Positions 46,801-55,933 of a stretch of 64,000 nucleotides of DNA are shown piece by piece. This DNA is from a virus (taxonomy: Duplodnaviria > Caudoviricetes): positions 13,220 to 77,219 of the IMG/VR virus record IMGVR_UViG_3300021958_008605; one strand, 5' to 3'. Under the pieces are notes generated by a model. That model did no database searches. It saw nothing but the letters and a program-made list of their open reading frames with translations, and was not told where the DNA came from. How positions within the stretch are numbered: position 1 is the stretch's first letter; every line of letters begins with the position of its first letter. The position numbers were made by a program, and so were the translations under genes.

Positions 46801-49313
46801 AAGTTATCTTCTGAGAAGTTACTTGATGATACAAATTCATTTACAAGTTCAGTTGAAGATGTAGAACCACTTGCTATTAAATCATCAAGTATTTGATAAC
46901 CAATAGAATCACCGACTTCCAATTCAAAGTTTGGTGTTAATGGTGTACATTTAGAAGATACATCATCTATAATTGTTATCTGGTCTATTAATGGTATTGA
47001 TTGTACCTTAGAAAGCCAAACTCTATCATTTGATTGTATTTCTCTTGGCAGTGGTTCATATAGTTTTAATACTATTGATTTTTCTACATTTCTATATTTT
47101 ACTTCATTAGTTTCTTCATCTCTATATTCTTCAGAAAATGTAGTTTCATCAACACCCCATGTTGAAATTAATTTATTATCACCATTTCCAATATGTAAGT
47201 AATGAGTTAATAAAGGAGATATATAATCACTAAAATCAAAATCATTAAAGTTTTTTATAAATGATTCCTTTAAATCATTAACAACCTTTCCTCTTCTTAA
47301 TCTTAAATCACCCTTATCAAATGTAATTTTTACTTCTTCAGTTTTACCTGCAGTTAATTCATTCCCTTCTTCGTTGTAAGGAATAAATAAAAGTTTAAAA
47401 ACAGTAACATCTTTATCGATATCTAATGTTTCACCTGCCAATTTAAGTATTTCTGCTACATTTAACTTTTGTTTTCCAGCCTTAGATACTTTTGTTAATA
47501 ATGTATTATCTGATTCTTTACCAACAAATATTTTTATGTAGTTAGTATTAATTGATTGCCAAGAAATATCAAAGTCAACATCAAATTCTTTAAAATCAGC
47601 TCCTACAATATTTTGTGGATAATTAATATGTGTAATATCAGGTCCAGGTAAATAAGCTTTACTTAATACATTTATTAATACTTTTTTATTTTCTCCACTA
47701 CCAGATTTTGATGATACTGGTTGTAAGTAAAGTGTATATTTACCAACACCATTTGTAAAATCAGAATTTTTAAGAACAATAGAACCACCTCTTCCAATTT
47801 CTCTAACAACATCACCTAAAACATAAATAACCTTATCAGCATATTTTGTTTCATAATCAACTGTAACTGTATCTGAACTTGCTATGTTAAATACAAGGTT
47901 TGTGTTCTTAACATTTATAGTTGGTTTTGTTTCACTAGAAGTTATATTTTTGTTTCCTGTTATTTTAATTTCATTTAATCCAGGCTTTAATTCAAAATAT
48001 GAATCTATTGCTGATATGTCTTTTCTCTGATTAGTACTATATACAATAGAATATTCTACTTTATGAGTGTAATCACTAATATTAACTCCTTCAAACTTAA
48101 TATAACAATTATTTCGTTTAACATTAAGACCAGCCTTAGTTACTCGTAGTTTAAGTTGTTTACCAGAAACAATACCTTGTTGTCCATCACTTGTAGTATA
48201 TTTAATAAACTGATTTTTAGTTGTAAAAGATATATCAGAATCAATGTTAATATCAAATTGATAAACTTTTGGGTCTATTGGTATTTGTTCAAATGTAAAA
48301 AATAATGGATAGTTAGTATATACTTGAGCACCAACAATTCCTGAATTCGTATTTAGTTTTGGAACAGGAACAGGTATTCGTTCTCCTTTTACTACCTTTG
48401 TAACCTGTAATTCATAATAAGTGAAATTTACATTTCCAAATGTTAGTGATGGTTTTTTAAAAGTAGTTGGAGGAAGATACTTATCATATCCAAATGTAAT
48501 ACCAGTTGATGGCCTATCATAATCAATAGCAGGTACAGGTTGGTTTCCAAACCCACCCAAAGAAAATAATGTTGGATTATTTCGTTGAGCATTTATATTA
48601 AACTCAAATGATGGTTTAAAATCAATATCCTTTTCAAACTTTATCCTATCTTGAAAATCTGCAATAACAAAATCATTATCTAAATCTAAATCTAAAACTG
48701 GTTTTATTGGTTTTAAAAGTTGTCGTTGAACTGTCTTTACAAAATAAGTTTCATTAGAAGTAATACTTGTATTAGAAATAACTTGGATTTTCTTTTCCTG
48801 TAATAATTCTTTTTCTTTAAATTTTAATCCTAATTTAATATCAGTACTATCAACTCCATCTACAACAACTTTACCAACTTTGCCATCTGCCTTAATATTA
48901 AACGATATTTCTTTGTTTAAATTACTTGATAACGGTGGTGGGTTGTAAAAACAACTACCATCATCTCTTGTTGCGTTTGGATTATAATTTTTAGCATTGG
49001 GGTCTGTACATCCTCCTATTAAAGTTGAACCCGGTCCACCATTTACAATTAAATCATTTGGGTCAAATCTATTTGTACCATCTCCAAGTTCTTCGTCTAA
49101 TCTTCTAAAATTTTCAAGATTGTTTTGAGTTTGTAGATTTCCATCAATTCCAAGTGTAACAGTTCCATCAGAGTTATAGACAGCGGATGATGCTACCACA
49201 GTATCACCAGGTAACATCGGTGGTGGTGGTGAACCAGGATTTGAATCTATGATAACTCTAGGAGTCCCAGATACATAATCATCAAACATGTCTTTTTCTC
49301 TTAATTTATCCAT
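43842..49313 (-). CDS. Large baseplate wedge-like protein (P2 gpI / T4 gp7-like core) with Ig-like and LamG-like segments
   Basis: NNLPYLYKHKGTKRALHAAMSCYG (gpI-like KGT motif); LamG-like SVDEIRLWRTPLS; directly downstream of gp25 and gp6 homologs. Confidence 0.6.
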   Translation of the reverse strand: MDKLREKDMFDDYVSGTPRVIIDSNPGSPPPPMLPGDTVVASSAVYNSDGTVTLGIDGNLQTQNNLENFRRLDEELGDGTNRFDPNDLIVNGGPGSTLIGGCTDPNAKNYNPNATRDDGSCFYNPPPLSSNLNKEISFNIKADGKVGKVVVDGVDSTDIKLGLKFKEKELLQEKKIQVISNTSITSNETYFVKTVQRQLLKPIKPVLDLDLDNDFVIADFQDRIKFEKDIDFKPSFEFNINAQRNNPTLFSLGGFGNQPVPAIDYDRPSTGITFGYDKYLPPTTFKKPSLTFGNVNFTYYELQVTKVVKGERIPVPVPKLNTNSGIVGAQVYTNYPLFFTFEQIPIDPKVYQFDINIDSDISFTTKNQFIKYTTSDGQQGIVSGKQLKLRVTKAGLNVKRNNCYIKFEGVNISDYTHKVEYSIVYSTNQRKDISAIDSYFELKPGLNEIKITGNKNITSSETKPTINVKNTNLVFNIASSDTVTVDYETKYADKVIYVLGDVVREIGRGGSIVLKNSDFTNGVGKYTLYLQPVSSKSGSGENKKVLINVLSKAYLPGPDITHINYPQNIVGADFKEFDVDFDISWQSINTNYIKIFVGKESDNTLLTKVSKAGKQKLNVAEILKLAGETLDIDKDVTVFKLLFIPYNEEGNELTAGKTEEVKITFDKGDLRLRRGKVVNDLKESFIKNFNDFDFSDYISPLLTHYLHIGNGDNKLISTWGVDETTFSEEYRDEETNEVKYRNVEKSIVLKLYEPLPREIQSNDRVWLSKVQSIPLIDQITIIDDVSSKCTPLTPNFELEVGDSIGYQILDDLIASGSTSSTELVNEFVSSSNFSEDNLNINYVSASTSFVDSVLVKGNKDYNWKDFVKYSSAVERVENFYYKVKLINSYDTRYNLLTTGTDWTGSVSVTNEANSQLTKINNIKKGFDSFEKFLYESSSADTFTYPKTNSTGSIIHPLSSSAVDWYNGAIDSATNYDNTNTSRFTYNLPQHIQEDDKGQEFVLFFDMVGQHFDILWTHIKGISNSKKLEHKYENGITNDLVYHMLESLGFDADMGAQSQFLWEYAFGKHTDGTVVTEMSGKDRQQEIWRRILNNLPYLYKHKGTKRALHAAMSCYGIPNSLLTVMEFGGPKDTTQSGTTKFTFEDRTASINISGSSAITIPWKPFSNTLSTDYPNSVELRLNTEQRQDQEILSGSDWSLHLLKDTGSLGKVELRVMSGSTLVSESTETAPLFNDGYTQIVVTKETTSGNDVFTFYAKEGFQERIRTNVSGSLTISGVSGWTSGSEIKVGGSTLTASVDEIRLWRTPLSESRVDNHTLFPDAVDGNHISASTHDLIFRNDFEYPKNRHTSGDVDIKNVAIITSYCTSSVASGFTNESSYPYQYTPYDRDVTANVPSTGFSFGNKIRFESQTKILDLNYRTRATKKSFDQSPVDSNRLGLFFSPIKEINLDILKGLGEFSIDDYIGNPADEYSDEYSELKQLRNYYFDRYSLNFQEYIQLVRYIDKSLFETLESLVPHRAITSSGLLIEPHILERSKTKWNKPTSVKRNWSTTIDVEEDVNLNGENPQYNAVVDAETDINLQGTNPQYSGVVDAESDVTLTGTNPDYSTTISAESDINLVGSITRDKDSTMGGIVFNIDAKITGSVQGQYDSTAYEQIGMDPDGISRLGFGLYGSGSHSIRNYIDVSGNRIKERVKVFLVKQSYTEDVPENISDDASQGTQFVTQTKYRNKVTILPFTGSNGLETSTPSGGDIVSVTPLNGYFPSHYRNVGDLTTGLENSFFNGSKQTQATTLDGGSPVQTFTTNPNTLRVNKSGRGSGEPILEVD
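44461..44660 (-). repeat. 57-bp (19-aa) tandem repeat, about 3.5 copies
   Basis: VDAETDINLQGTNPQYSGV / VDAESDVTLTGTNPDYSTT / ISAESDINL; tgcatctacaact recurs at 44541 and 44598. Confidence 0.85.
48952..49013 (-). repeat. GCTDPxAxNYNPxAxxDDGSC Cys-pair repeat (one copy here, two in 49313..51208)
   Basis: GCTDPNAKNYNPNATRDDGSC. Confidence 0.85.
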
Positions 49314-51208
49314 TACTTAATATTCCTTATATTCACTGGTCTATCTACGAAATCACCAGGATTAGTATATGGGTTTATTGGGTCTCTTCCACCATCATCA
49401 AATAATACTTCATCTCTAAATGAACCACCTCCTCCACCAGAGCCTCCACTTGAACCTCCTGATGGAAGTCCTGCTCCAATTACAATTACATTATTATTTT
49501 CTTCAATTCCACATTTTTCTAATTTAATAAATTTCATTCCAGGTGGTAATATTAAACTGTTTTCTTGAGCACACACCAAGTATTCAGAACCAGGTGGTAC
49601 ACCTTCACTTGTGAGTATATTACCAACTGCATCTTTATATTTAAAACTCAAAGTCTGACCTTTACTTATAGATATTGTTCCTCCATCAATTTCATCAAAT
49701 GGATATGGTCTACCAATATAATCATCTGCATAACCACCACCCAACCAATCACCAGCAGGACGTTTTCCATTCCACCCATCATACACAATTGGTTTACCTG
49801 TAAATCTTTTTATTTCTGTTTGATTTATAACCCTATATGTAAATAATTTATTGGCAATGGGTTTTAGTTTTGGAGTTGTTCTAACATCTCCACTAAATTT
49901 AATACTACCATCATCATCATATGTTATCTCAAACATATCAAATTCAATACCTGAAAGAAGATTAGCTGTACCATTTAGTTTATATTTAATACTACCCTTT
50001 TCTGACCAAACATAGAATTTTTGAGTTTTTGTTGGTGTAGTATTATCATATTTACAACTACCATCATCCTTCGTTGCTTTAGGGTTATAGTTTAAAGCAC
50101 TAGAATCAGTACAACCTTCAATATCAATAGGGTCATCATTGTAGATACAACTTCCATCGTTTTCCTGAGCAGATGGATTATAGTTTTTTGCATTAGGGTC
50201 TGTACATCCTCGTACTGTTGTATCACTTGGCTCTGTTGAATCGTACAATGTATTTGATACTGACGATTTTAATATTTGTTTAACTTCATCAAAAGTTATT
50301 TGTTCTTCTGGTGTTAGTATATTATCATCTTGAATATCTCTTTTAGGTAAGTACTTTGAAATTATATTAGTAATAGATTGTTCCATTACTTGTTTAATTG
50401 TATCAATAGAAAGTTCAATTACATCTAACTTATTTTTTGGTTTACCATAATTGATGTTACTAATATCCCACTCTCTATCATCAATAAAATAATTGACAGA
50501 TTCTATAAATTTATCTCTTAAAATTTTTATAAAAATTTCAATATTTTCTATTTTAAATTCTTTTTTAATCAAAGATTGATATGTTTTATTATCTTTTTGC
50601 TTTCCTTTAATCAAACTAAAAGTTTTTAAAACTTTTTCTGTTGTTACATTTTCTATAAATTGTTTAGCAAAATAAATTGTATCATCTCTAAACTGACCTT
50701 TCTTTGTTAAAACATCATATCTTTTTTCTAAATCTTTGTTTGGTAGTTTTTCTTTTTTAATTGGAACAACTCGTATCTCTGTTCTTGATGGAGATATTTC
50801 ATGTATCCAAAGTTTATCAATATCATTTACTTCCGAACCTGCTCTTCTATTTAATAATGTTACCTGTGTTTTAAAAATACCATTTTCATATCCAGCTTCT
50901 CTTACTAACTTTTCTATATCAACAATAAACTCAGAAGCATCGTTTTTCTTTTTTGTAAAGTTATTATTAGATATTAAAAAATAATCTCTAATATTTTTAT
51001 CATTTAGGTGGATATATCTTACAAGTTTTCCATCATCTCCTTGTGGTAATTGATTATCATTAGAATCTAATAAAATAAATTCAATCATATCAGCATTACC
51101 AAGACCAAAGAATGACTTACCAATTTCCCTCTCAAAGATTTGTCTATCTTCAGATTCTACCTTATATCCTCGTCTTTCAACTATATCTTTAAATCCTTCT
51201 ATAGCCAT
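49313..51208 (-). CDS. Virion structural protein with two GCTD...DGSC repeats
   Basis: Inside the baseplate module; LWIHEISPSRTEIRV; Gly-rich C-terminus. Confidence 0.55.
   Translation of the reverse strand: MAIEGFKDIVERRGYKVESEDRQIFEREIGKSFFGLGNADMIEFILLDSNDNQLPQGDDGKLVRYIHLNDKNIRDYFLISNNNFTKKKNDASEFIVDIEKLVREAGYENGIFKTQVTLLNRRAGSEVNDIDKLWIHEISPSRTEIRVVPIKKEKLPNKDLEKRYDVLTKKGQFRDDTIYFAKQFIENVTTEKVLKTFSLIKGKQKDNKTYQSLIKKEFKIENIEIFIKILRDKFIESVNYFIDDREWDISNINYGKPKNKLDVIELSIDTIKQVMEQSITNIISKYLPKRDIQDDNILTPEEQITFDEVKQILKSSVSNTLYDSTEPSDTTVRGCTDPNAKNYNPSAQENDGSCIYNDDPIDIEGCTDSSALNYNPKATKDDGSCKYDNTTPTKTQKFYVWSEKGSIKYKLNGTANLLSGIEFDMFEITYDDDGSIKFSGDVRTTPKLKPIANKLFTYRVINQTEIKRFTGKPIVYDGWNGKRPAGDWLGGGYADDYIGRPYPFDEIDGGTISISKGQTLSFKYKDAVGNILTSEGVPPGSEYLVCAQENSLILPPGMKFIKLEKCGIEENNNVIVIGAGLPSGGSSGGSGGGGGSFRDEVLFDDGGRDPINPYTNPGDFVDRPVNIRNIK
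50053..50209 (-). repeat. Two GCTD...DGSC repeats
   Basis: GCTDPNAKNYNPSAQENDGSC and GCTDSSALNYNPKATKDDGSC. Confidence 0.85.
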
Positions 51209-52404
51209 GATAATTTTTTAAGTTGATTTGGAAATAGTTTATAAATTAAAATAGAAAACTTTTCTCCAAATTTATGTAATTTTCTTCCTCTACGATTTTC
51301 TGTTGGTAATACTCCCATTTCATATGCCATATACTCTGACCAATCTTTTACAAAATAGTTGTAAACAAATTTAGCAAATGTTTTGTTTCTCTTTAATCCA
51401 TTTACGATTGGTGTTGCCCAAATCCAATAACCATACATTACTTCTGGTTTATGTTCTAGTACAATATCACCAAACTTATCATCCATTTCATAAATAAACT
51501 GTGGCATGAAACCTTGTTCATATAATTCAGTACAAATAATTTTTTTCTTTTTAGAGTTAGCACTTGCACTTGCTGTTGCTTGAGCCGCTTCTACTTGTTG
51601 ATTGGCAGCTTCAATTTGTTGAGTAGCAATTTGTGCTTGGTTTTTCATTTGTTGATTAAGAGTTTTAATATTCTCTGTAAGGTTTTTTACAATATCTTTT
51701 TGTGTTGTTAATTGTGATGCTAGTGTTTCTTTTTGTGCACCCAATCCTCTTACTTGAGCAGTTAATGAAACTCTTTCTATACCCTCTTTAGTTCCTTTTA
51801 AAACAGAACTTTGGAAATCACTAAGTAACACTTGATATCTTGCTTGAAGTTCTCTAAACTCTCTATCTCTTTGTAATACTTCTTCTGTTTTAGCAGCAAC
51901 ATCCGCAATCAATTGGTCTATTTGTGTTTGTAATGTTGATATTTGATTTAATGCCGCATCTCTTTCTTGTGTTAAATCTTTTATTTGTTGTGATAAATTC
52001 TGATTTATTTCTTTCTGTTCAATCAATTTATCTAATCTAACAAACTGACCTCGTGATTCTCTTGGTTTATTTATTAATTCATCAACCTTTATATCAAGTG
52101 CTTTTTCTAATTCTGATTCTGTATAATAAGGTCTTTCTAATGATGAAGCTGTTTCTCCACTAAAAGAAGTTTGTTCTACATTTTGTTCTTCTTGTGGTTC
52201 TAGTAAATCTGTTTTTATTTTTGGATTTTTTTGTTTACCTCGAATTGGTTCTTCTCCAAATGGTTTTTCTATTTTTTTGGAGGTTGGGTTAACTTCCTTT
52301 CCATCCTTTTTACGCACAACAATACCATCAGAGTAATCTCTCTTTATAGCCTTTGAACCTTTTTTTAAAAGTTCATCAATTCTAAATCTATCGTTTAACG
52401 CCAT
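51199..52404 (-). CDS. Coiled-coil protein with a C-terminal IICTEL domain
   Basis: About 190 aa of heptad coiled coil, an A/Q/S linker, then KKKKIICTELYEQG...D..FG...P....GYWIWA.P. Confidence 0.6.
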   Translation of the reverse strand: MALNDRFRIDELLKKGSKAIKRDYSDGIVVRKKDGKEVNPTSKKIEKPFGEEPIRGKQKNPKIKTDLLEPQEEQNVEQTSFSGETASSLERPYYTESELEKALDIKVDELINKPRESRGQFVRLDKLIEQKEINQNLSQQIKDLTQERDAALNQISTLQTQIDQLIADVAAKTEEVLQRDREFRELQARYQVLLSDFQSSVLKGTKEGIERVSLTAQVRGLGAQKETLASQLTTQKDIVKNLTENIKTLNQQMKNQAQIATQQIEAANQQVEAAQATASASANSKKKKIICTELYEQGFMPQFIYEMDDKFGDIVLEHKPEVMYGYWIWATPIVNGLKRNKTFAKFVYNYFVKDWSEYMAYEMGVLPTENRRGRKLHKFGEKFSILIYKLFPNQLKKLSWL

Positions 52405-52405
52405 T

Positions 52406-53467
52406 TTATTTCTCTACGGTGAAAGTTAACTCTTTATCAGTAAAGTATTCAATCACACCACTTCTATTTACTTTTATTTCTATATAGTAATCTCTGTTAT
52501 ATTCAAAGTTACTTAAATTTAATTTAAAATAATTACCATTGGAATCACAACTAACTTTTGTATAGTTATCATTAAATGGAACCACAACTTCATTTGTTAC
52601 CGCATCTTTAATTTGGTAATAAGTAGTTGATGGTAAATAATATACATCTGTATAAGCATATTGATTGGTGTAATTTTTAAGAGGATATTTTTCTCTCCCA
52701 AAAACTCTGATTGTAGGTTTACTTCCTCGTTTATATCTTACTTTTAATCTCTTAAATGTGATATGAATATCATCGGCAGTTAATGCACTAAGAGAACCAG
52801 TAGAGAAAGAAGAATCATCCCAACCAATTCTTAACTTCGGTTGGTATATAGTATTTGTTTCTTTTGAAAAAAACTTTAATTGTCCATAATCTTCGGTATC
52901 ATTTTCTTTTGCTGAAGAATGTTTTATAATCCAACCCTCATTTGGTATTGAACTACTTATCCAAGAGTTAAGTGGAGTTAGAACATCCATCTCTATATCA
53001 GTTGACTCATATGAAAAAGATTGTGAAGCGGCTGAACCTGTGTACCATGTTCCACCCTTACCATTAAATGAACCAGTTGTTCCACTTGCAAAATCAGTTC
53101 CTAACCAAGTTAATGAGGTTGTTCTCTTTTCCCAAGAACACCCATCAGTACTTATGTTATCAAACCTTGTTCCTATACCCATATCCCAAGATTGAGAAAC
53201 AGGATAAGCATAAATTGTATAATCAGTTGGTATTTCATTTGATTCACATTCTTTTAAAATAAGTTCAGCAGAACTCATTGTTATCTCACCACTTACTATT
53301 GATTGTGATATTGGAGCAGTATCAAACTTAATTAATGTTCTTGCGTTATCTTTTAAGTTTCCATAATAAGTTTTGGAAACTTCTAATATTTCATCAAACC
53401 CAGTATTTTGTGTGGGTTGTTGTAAATATATTGTTGTATCTTTAGATGCTGTTACGAAATAGTACAT
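52406..53467 (-). CDS. Virion protein with a DNRLRE/CBM96-like beta-sandwich and a C-terminal Ig-like domain
   Basis: KDTTIY...NTGFDEILEV...RTLIKFD...SAELIL...AYPVSQSWD..G.G...CSW. Confidence 0.5.
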   Translation of the reverse strand: MYYFVTASKDTTIYLQQPTQNTGFDEILEVSKTYYGNLKDNARTLIKFDTAPISQSIVSGEITMSSAELILKECESNEIPTDYTIYAYPVSQSWDMGIGTRFDNISTDGCSWEKRTTSLTWLGTDFASGTTGSFNGKGGTWYTGSAASQSFSYESTDIEMDVLTPLNSWISSSIPNEGWIIKHSSAKENDTEDYGQLKFFSKETNTIYQPKLRIGWDDSSFSTGSLSALTADDIHITFKRLKVRYKRGSKPTIRVFGREKYPLKNYTNQYAYTDVYYLPSTTYYQIKDAVTNEVVVPFNDNYTKVSCDSNGNYFKLNLSNFEYNRDYYIEIKVNRSGVIEYFTDKELTFTVEK

Positions 53468-55488
53468 TATACAACCCTCCCTCTTATATCTTTGTTTGGA
53501 AACTTCACTTCAAATACAGATGGGTCTAAAGATGGATAAACCATTTTGTTTTTAGTTGCATCTAATATATTATAAGAATGTGATGAATAGTTTCCTAAAC
53601 ACTTGTTAGTAATTTCACACTTCGGTACTGATTGTACTCCTTCTACTCCTGCAATTAATAATTCAATTTCAGAAATGTTGATGGCCATATTGAATGTCCA
53701 ATTATCAATATTGAAATATTCTTTTAGTTCGTTTATACACTTAGAAAGAACTTCTCTTTTATTATATCCACCATAAACTCTGATTTCAAAATCAACACCT
53801 ATGTTGATTACATAACCATCTATAATATTAACACCATCAGTTAACATTCTATATTCTCCCAAATATGTTTTTAGGTTTTCTTTAACTGCTCTATTAATAG
53901 TTTGTAAATATTTACTTGAATTATATCCAAGGACATATAAGTTTATAGCAAAAGGATTATTTTTTTCATTTACATTATTCTTTTTACTACTTAAAAACTT
54001 CTTTACTTCTTCTTTAATTTCTTGTTCAGTAACTTTAGTATCTTTTAGTGATTGTACTAAACCTGCAAATTCATCTAATGAATCAGGATTATTTAATATA
54101 GAACTAGGTGAGTTGTTATCTAACTCTCCATCTGGTGCACAATATGCTTTTGCAATTCCACCAAACTTAGGAGGTAACGATAATGCTCTTACTTGATAAT
54201 CCTTTCGTGTTACTGCTCTATTTTGTGAACCGAAGTTTGCTAATGAATTTTCTCTGATTTCATCTATTGTTTCTTCACCCCTACCACCTGTTGCTGGTGA
54301 ATCGTTTTCAACAGCTACCGATGCTTTCATTCTGTTGTATAATGAAAGTTGAGATGCTGTAAATACACTCGTATCTTCATCATAACTAATAGAAGTTATT
54401 CTTTTTATTTCTTTAGAAGCTACATTTGATTCAACACCACCACCCACTAAATAAGATACTGTAAGTGTTGTGTTTGAAGGAGCTTGTCCATAAGATGTTG
54501 TTTTTAAAAAGTTAGATGGGTCAAATGAAGAACCTAATCTATCTACTGAGTTTCTTAACCCTAATCCTACATTTTTAAAGTTAGGAATTAATGTTTCATC
54601 TGATGAAGTTGAGTTTCCACCTCCAAATACAAGTGAAGTTGTATTATTTGAATTAATTCTTTTTGTAAATCTTCTTGAAGTTTTAATTAACTTTAATACA
54701 CTTGGTACAGATTCTTTAAATTGACTTAAATCTTTATCAGTTTGTTCTGATGTTGGATAATCAACATAAACCATTTCTTGTGCAAGATATGGAACTTCAT
54801 ACCACTTGTTTCCATTAGAATCTCTAACATCATAGATATCAATTACATCTGCATCACCAATAGTTATATCAGAAAATTGTTTTGGTGAACTTCCAAAATT
54901 AACTTGTATTGTTTTTATTTCAGCTGAAATAGCTTGTACATATTTCTTTACTAGATATTGTGTAGGTTCGTTTGAGCTATTATCACGAGTATAAACAGTT
55001 ATCTCTCTATCATCATTATCATTGAAATCTAATAATTCAGTTGTTCTAAATGAAGTACCATTTGTAGATTCACAAACCATTCCTTCTTTTATTCTAAGAT
55101 AATAATCTGAATCAGGTCTTACATCACTACCTGTTCCTGTTGCAGGTACTAATTGATATACACTAAGCTGTACAATAGATGGAGAGGTTACTTTGGGTTT
55201 ATACCCTAAGTAAGTTGCAAGTGCCATAACATTCTCAGAATCTTCAGCATATAACATTAAAGATTCTTTAAGTGAATCATCTGTATAGTATGAAAGAACA
55301 TCTCCTACATAAGATGCCATTTCAATAAACATCATACCTGGTGATGACTCATTAAAATCAGAATAACTTTTTGGAAAGTAAGTTTTAGCGTAATCAATCA
55401 GGTTTTTTCTAAACTGACTAAAATCCTTGTTAAGATACTTTATATCTCTTCCCTTATTACTTTTATTTGTTGAACTATTTAACGCCAT
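53467..55488 (-). CDS. Baseplate wedge subunit (T4 gp6 / baseplate J-like)
   Basis: YLNKDFSQFR..L..YAKTYFP..YSDFNESSPGMMFIEM.SYVGDVLSYY.D; GGRGEETIDEIR; QNRAVTRKDY. Confidence 0.85.
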   Translation of the reverse strand: MALNSSTNKSNKGRDIKYLNKDFSQFRKNLIDYAKTYFPKSYSDFNESSPGMMFIEMASYVGDVLSYYTDDSLKESLMLYAEDSENVMALATYLGYKPKVTSPSIVQLSVYQLVPATGTGSDVRPDSDYYLRIKEGMVCESTNGTSFRTTELLDFNDNDDREITVYTRDNSSNEPTQYLVKKYVQAISAEIKTIQVNFGSSPKQFSDITIGDADVIDIYDVRDSNGNKWYEVPYLAQEMVYVDYPTSEQTDKDLSQFKESVPSVLKLIKTSRRFTKRINSNNTTSLVFGGGNSTSSDETLIPNFKNVGLGLRNSVDRLGSSFDPSNFLKTTSYGQAPSNTTLTVSYLVGGGVESNVASKEIKRITSISYDEDTSVFTASQLSLYNRMKASVAVENDSPATGGRGEETIDEIRENSLANFGSQNRAVTRKDYQVRALSLPPKFGGIAKAYCAPDGELDNNSPSSILNNPDSLDEFAGLVQSLKDTKVTEQEIKEEVKKFLSSKKNNVNEKNNPFAINLYVLGYNSSKYLQTINRAVKENLKTYLGEYRMLTDGVNIIDGYVINIGVDFEIRVYGGYNKREVLSKCINELKEYFNIDNWTFNMAINISEIELLIAGVEGVQSVPKCEITNKCLGNYSSHSYNILDATKNKMVYPSLDPSVFEVKFPNKDIRGRVV

Positions 55489-55491
55489 CGA

Positions 55492-55923
55492 TTACCCCTG
55501 AATTGTAAATGTTATTTCTTGTAATTCTATTTGATTACCAATTGTAAACTGTATATTCATATCTGCTCTATTCCTATCTTTCATCTCATCGGTCATCTTT
55601 ACATCTATTTCTTCTATGTTTATATATGGTAACCAATAACTAACACTCTTAGTTATGGTTTCTGTTAACTTATTTTCAAAATCATCTGTCATTTGTTCAA
55701 ACAAAAGAGAATGTAATCCAGTACCAAAGTTTGGTTGCATTACTCTTTCACCTTGTTTTGTTAACAGAAGATTTTTAAGATTTGATTTTGCTTGTTCAAA
55801 TGATGAAAAAGATTGTTCAAAGAAACCAGTGTTACCTCGTTTCACAGGCAAAGTAATACCATAAGCATAATCATTAAATGCTTTGGTATCTTTTACTACT
55901 TTTTTATCAAGAACATACGCCAT
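55492..55923 (-). CDS. Baseplate gp25-like (GPW/gp25) protein
   Basis: KSNLKNLLLTKQGERVMQPNFGTGLHSLLFE...WLPYINI. Confidence 0.9.
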   Translation of the reverse strand: MAYVLDKKVVKDTKAFNDYAYGITLPVKRGNTGFFEQSFSSFEQAKSNLKNLLLTKQGERVMQPNFGTGLHSLLFEQMTDDFENKLTETITKSVSYWLPYINIEEIDVKMTDEMKDRNRADMNIQFTIGNQIELQEITFTIQG

Positions 55924-55933
55924 CTATAAATTC

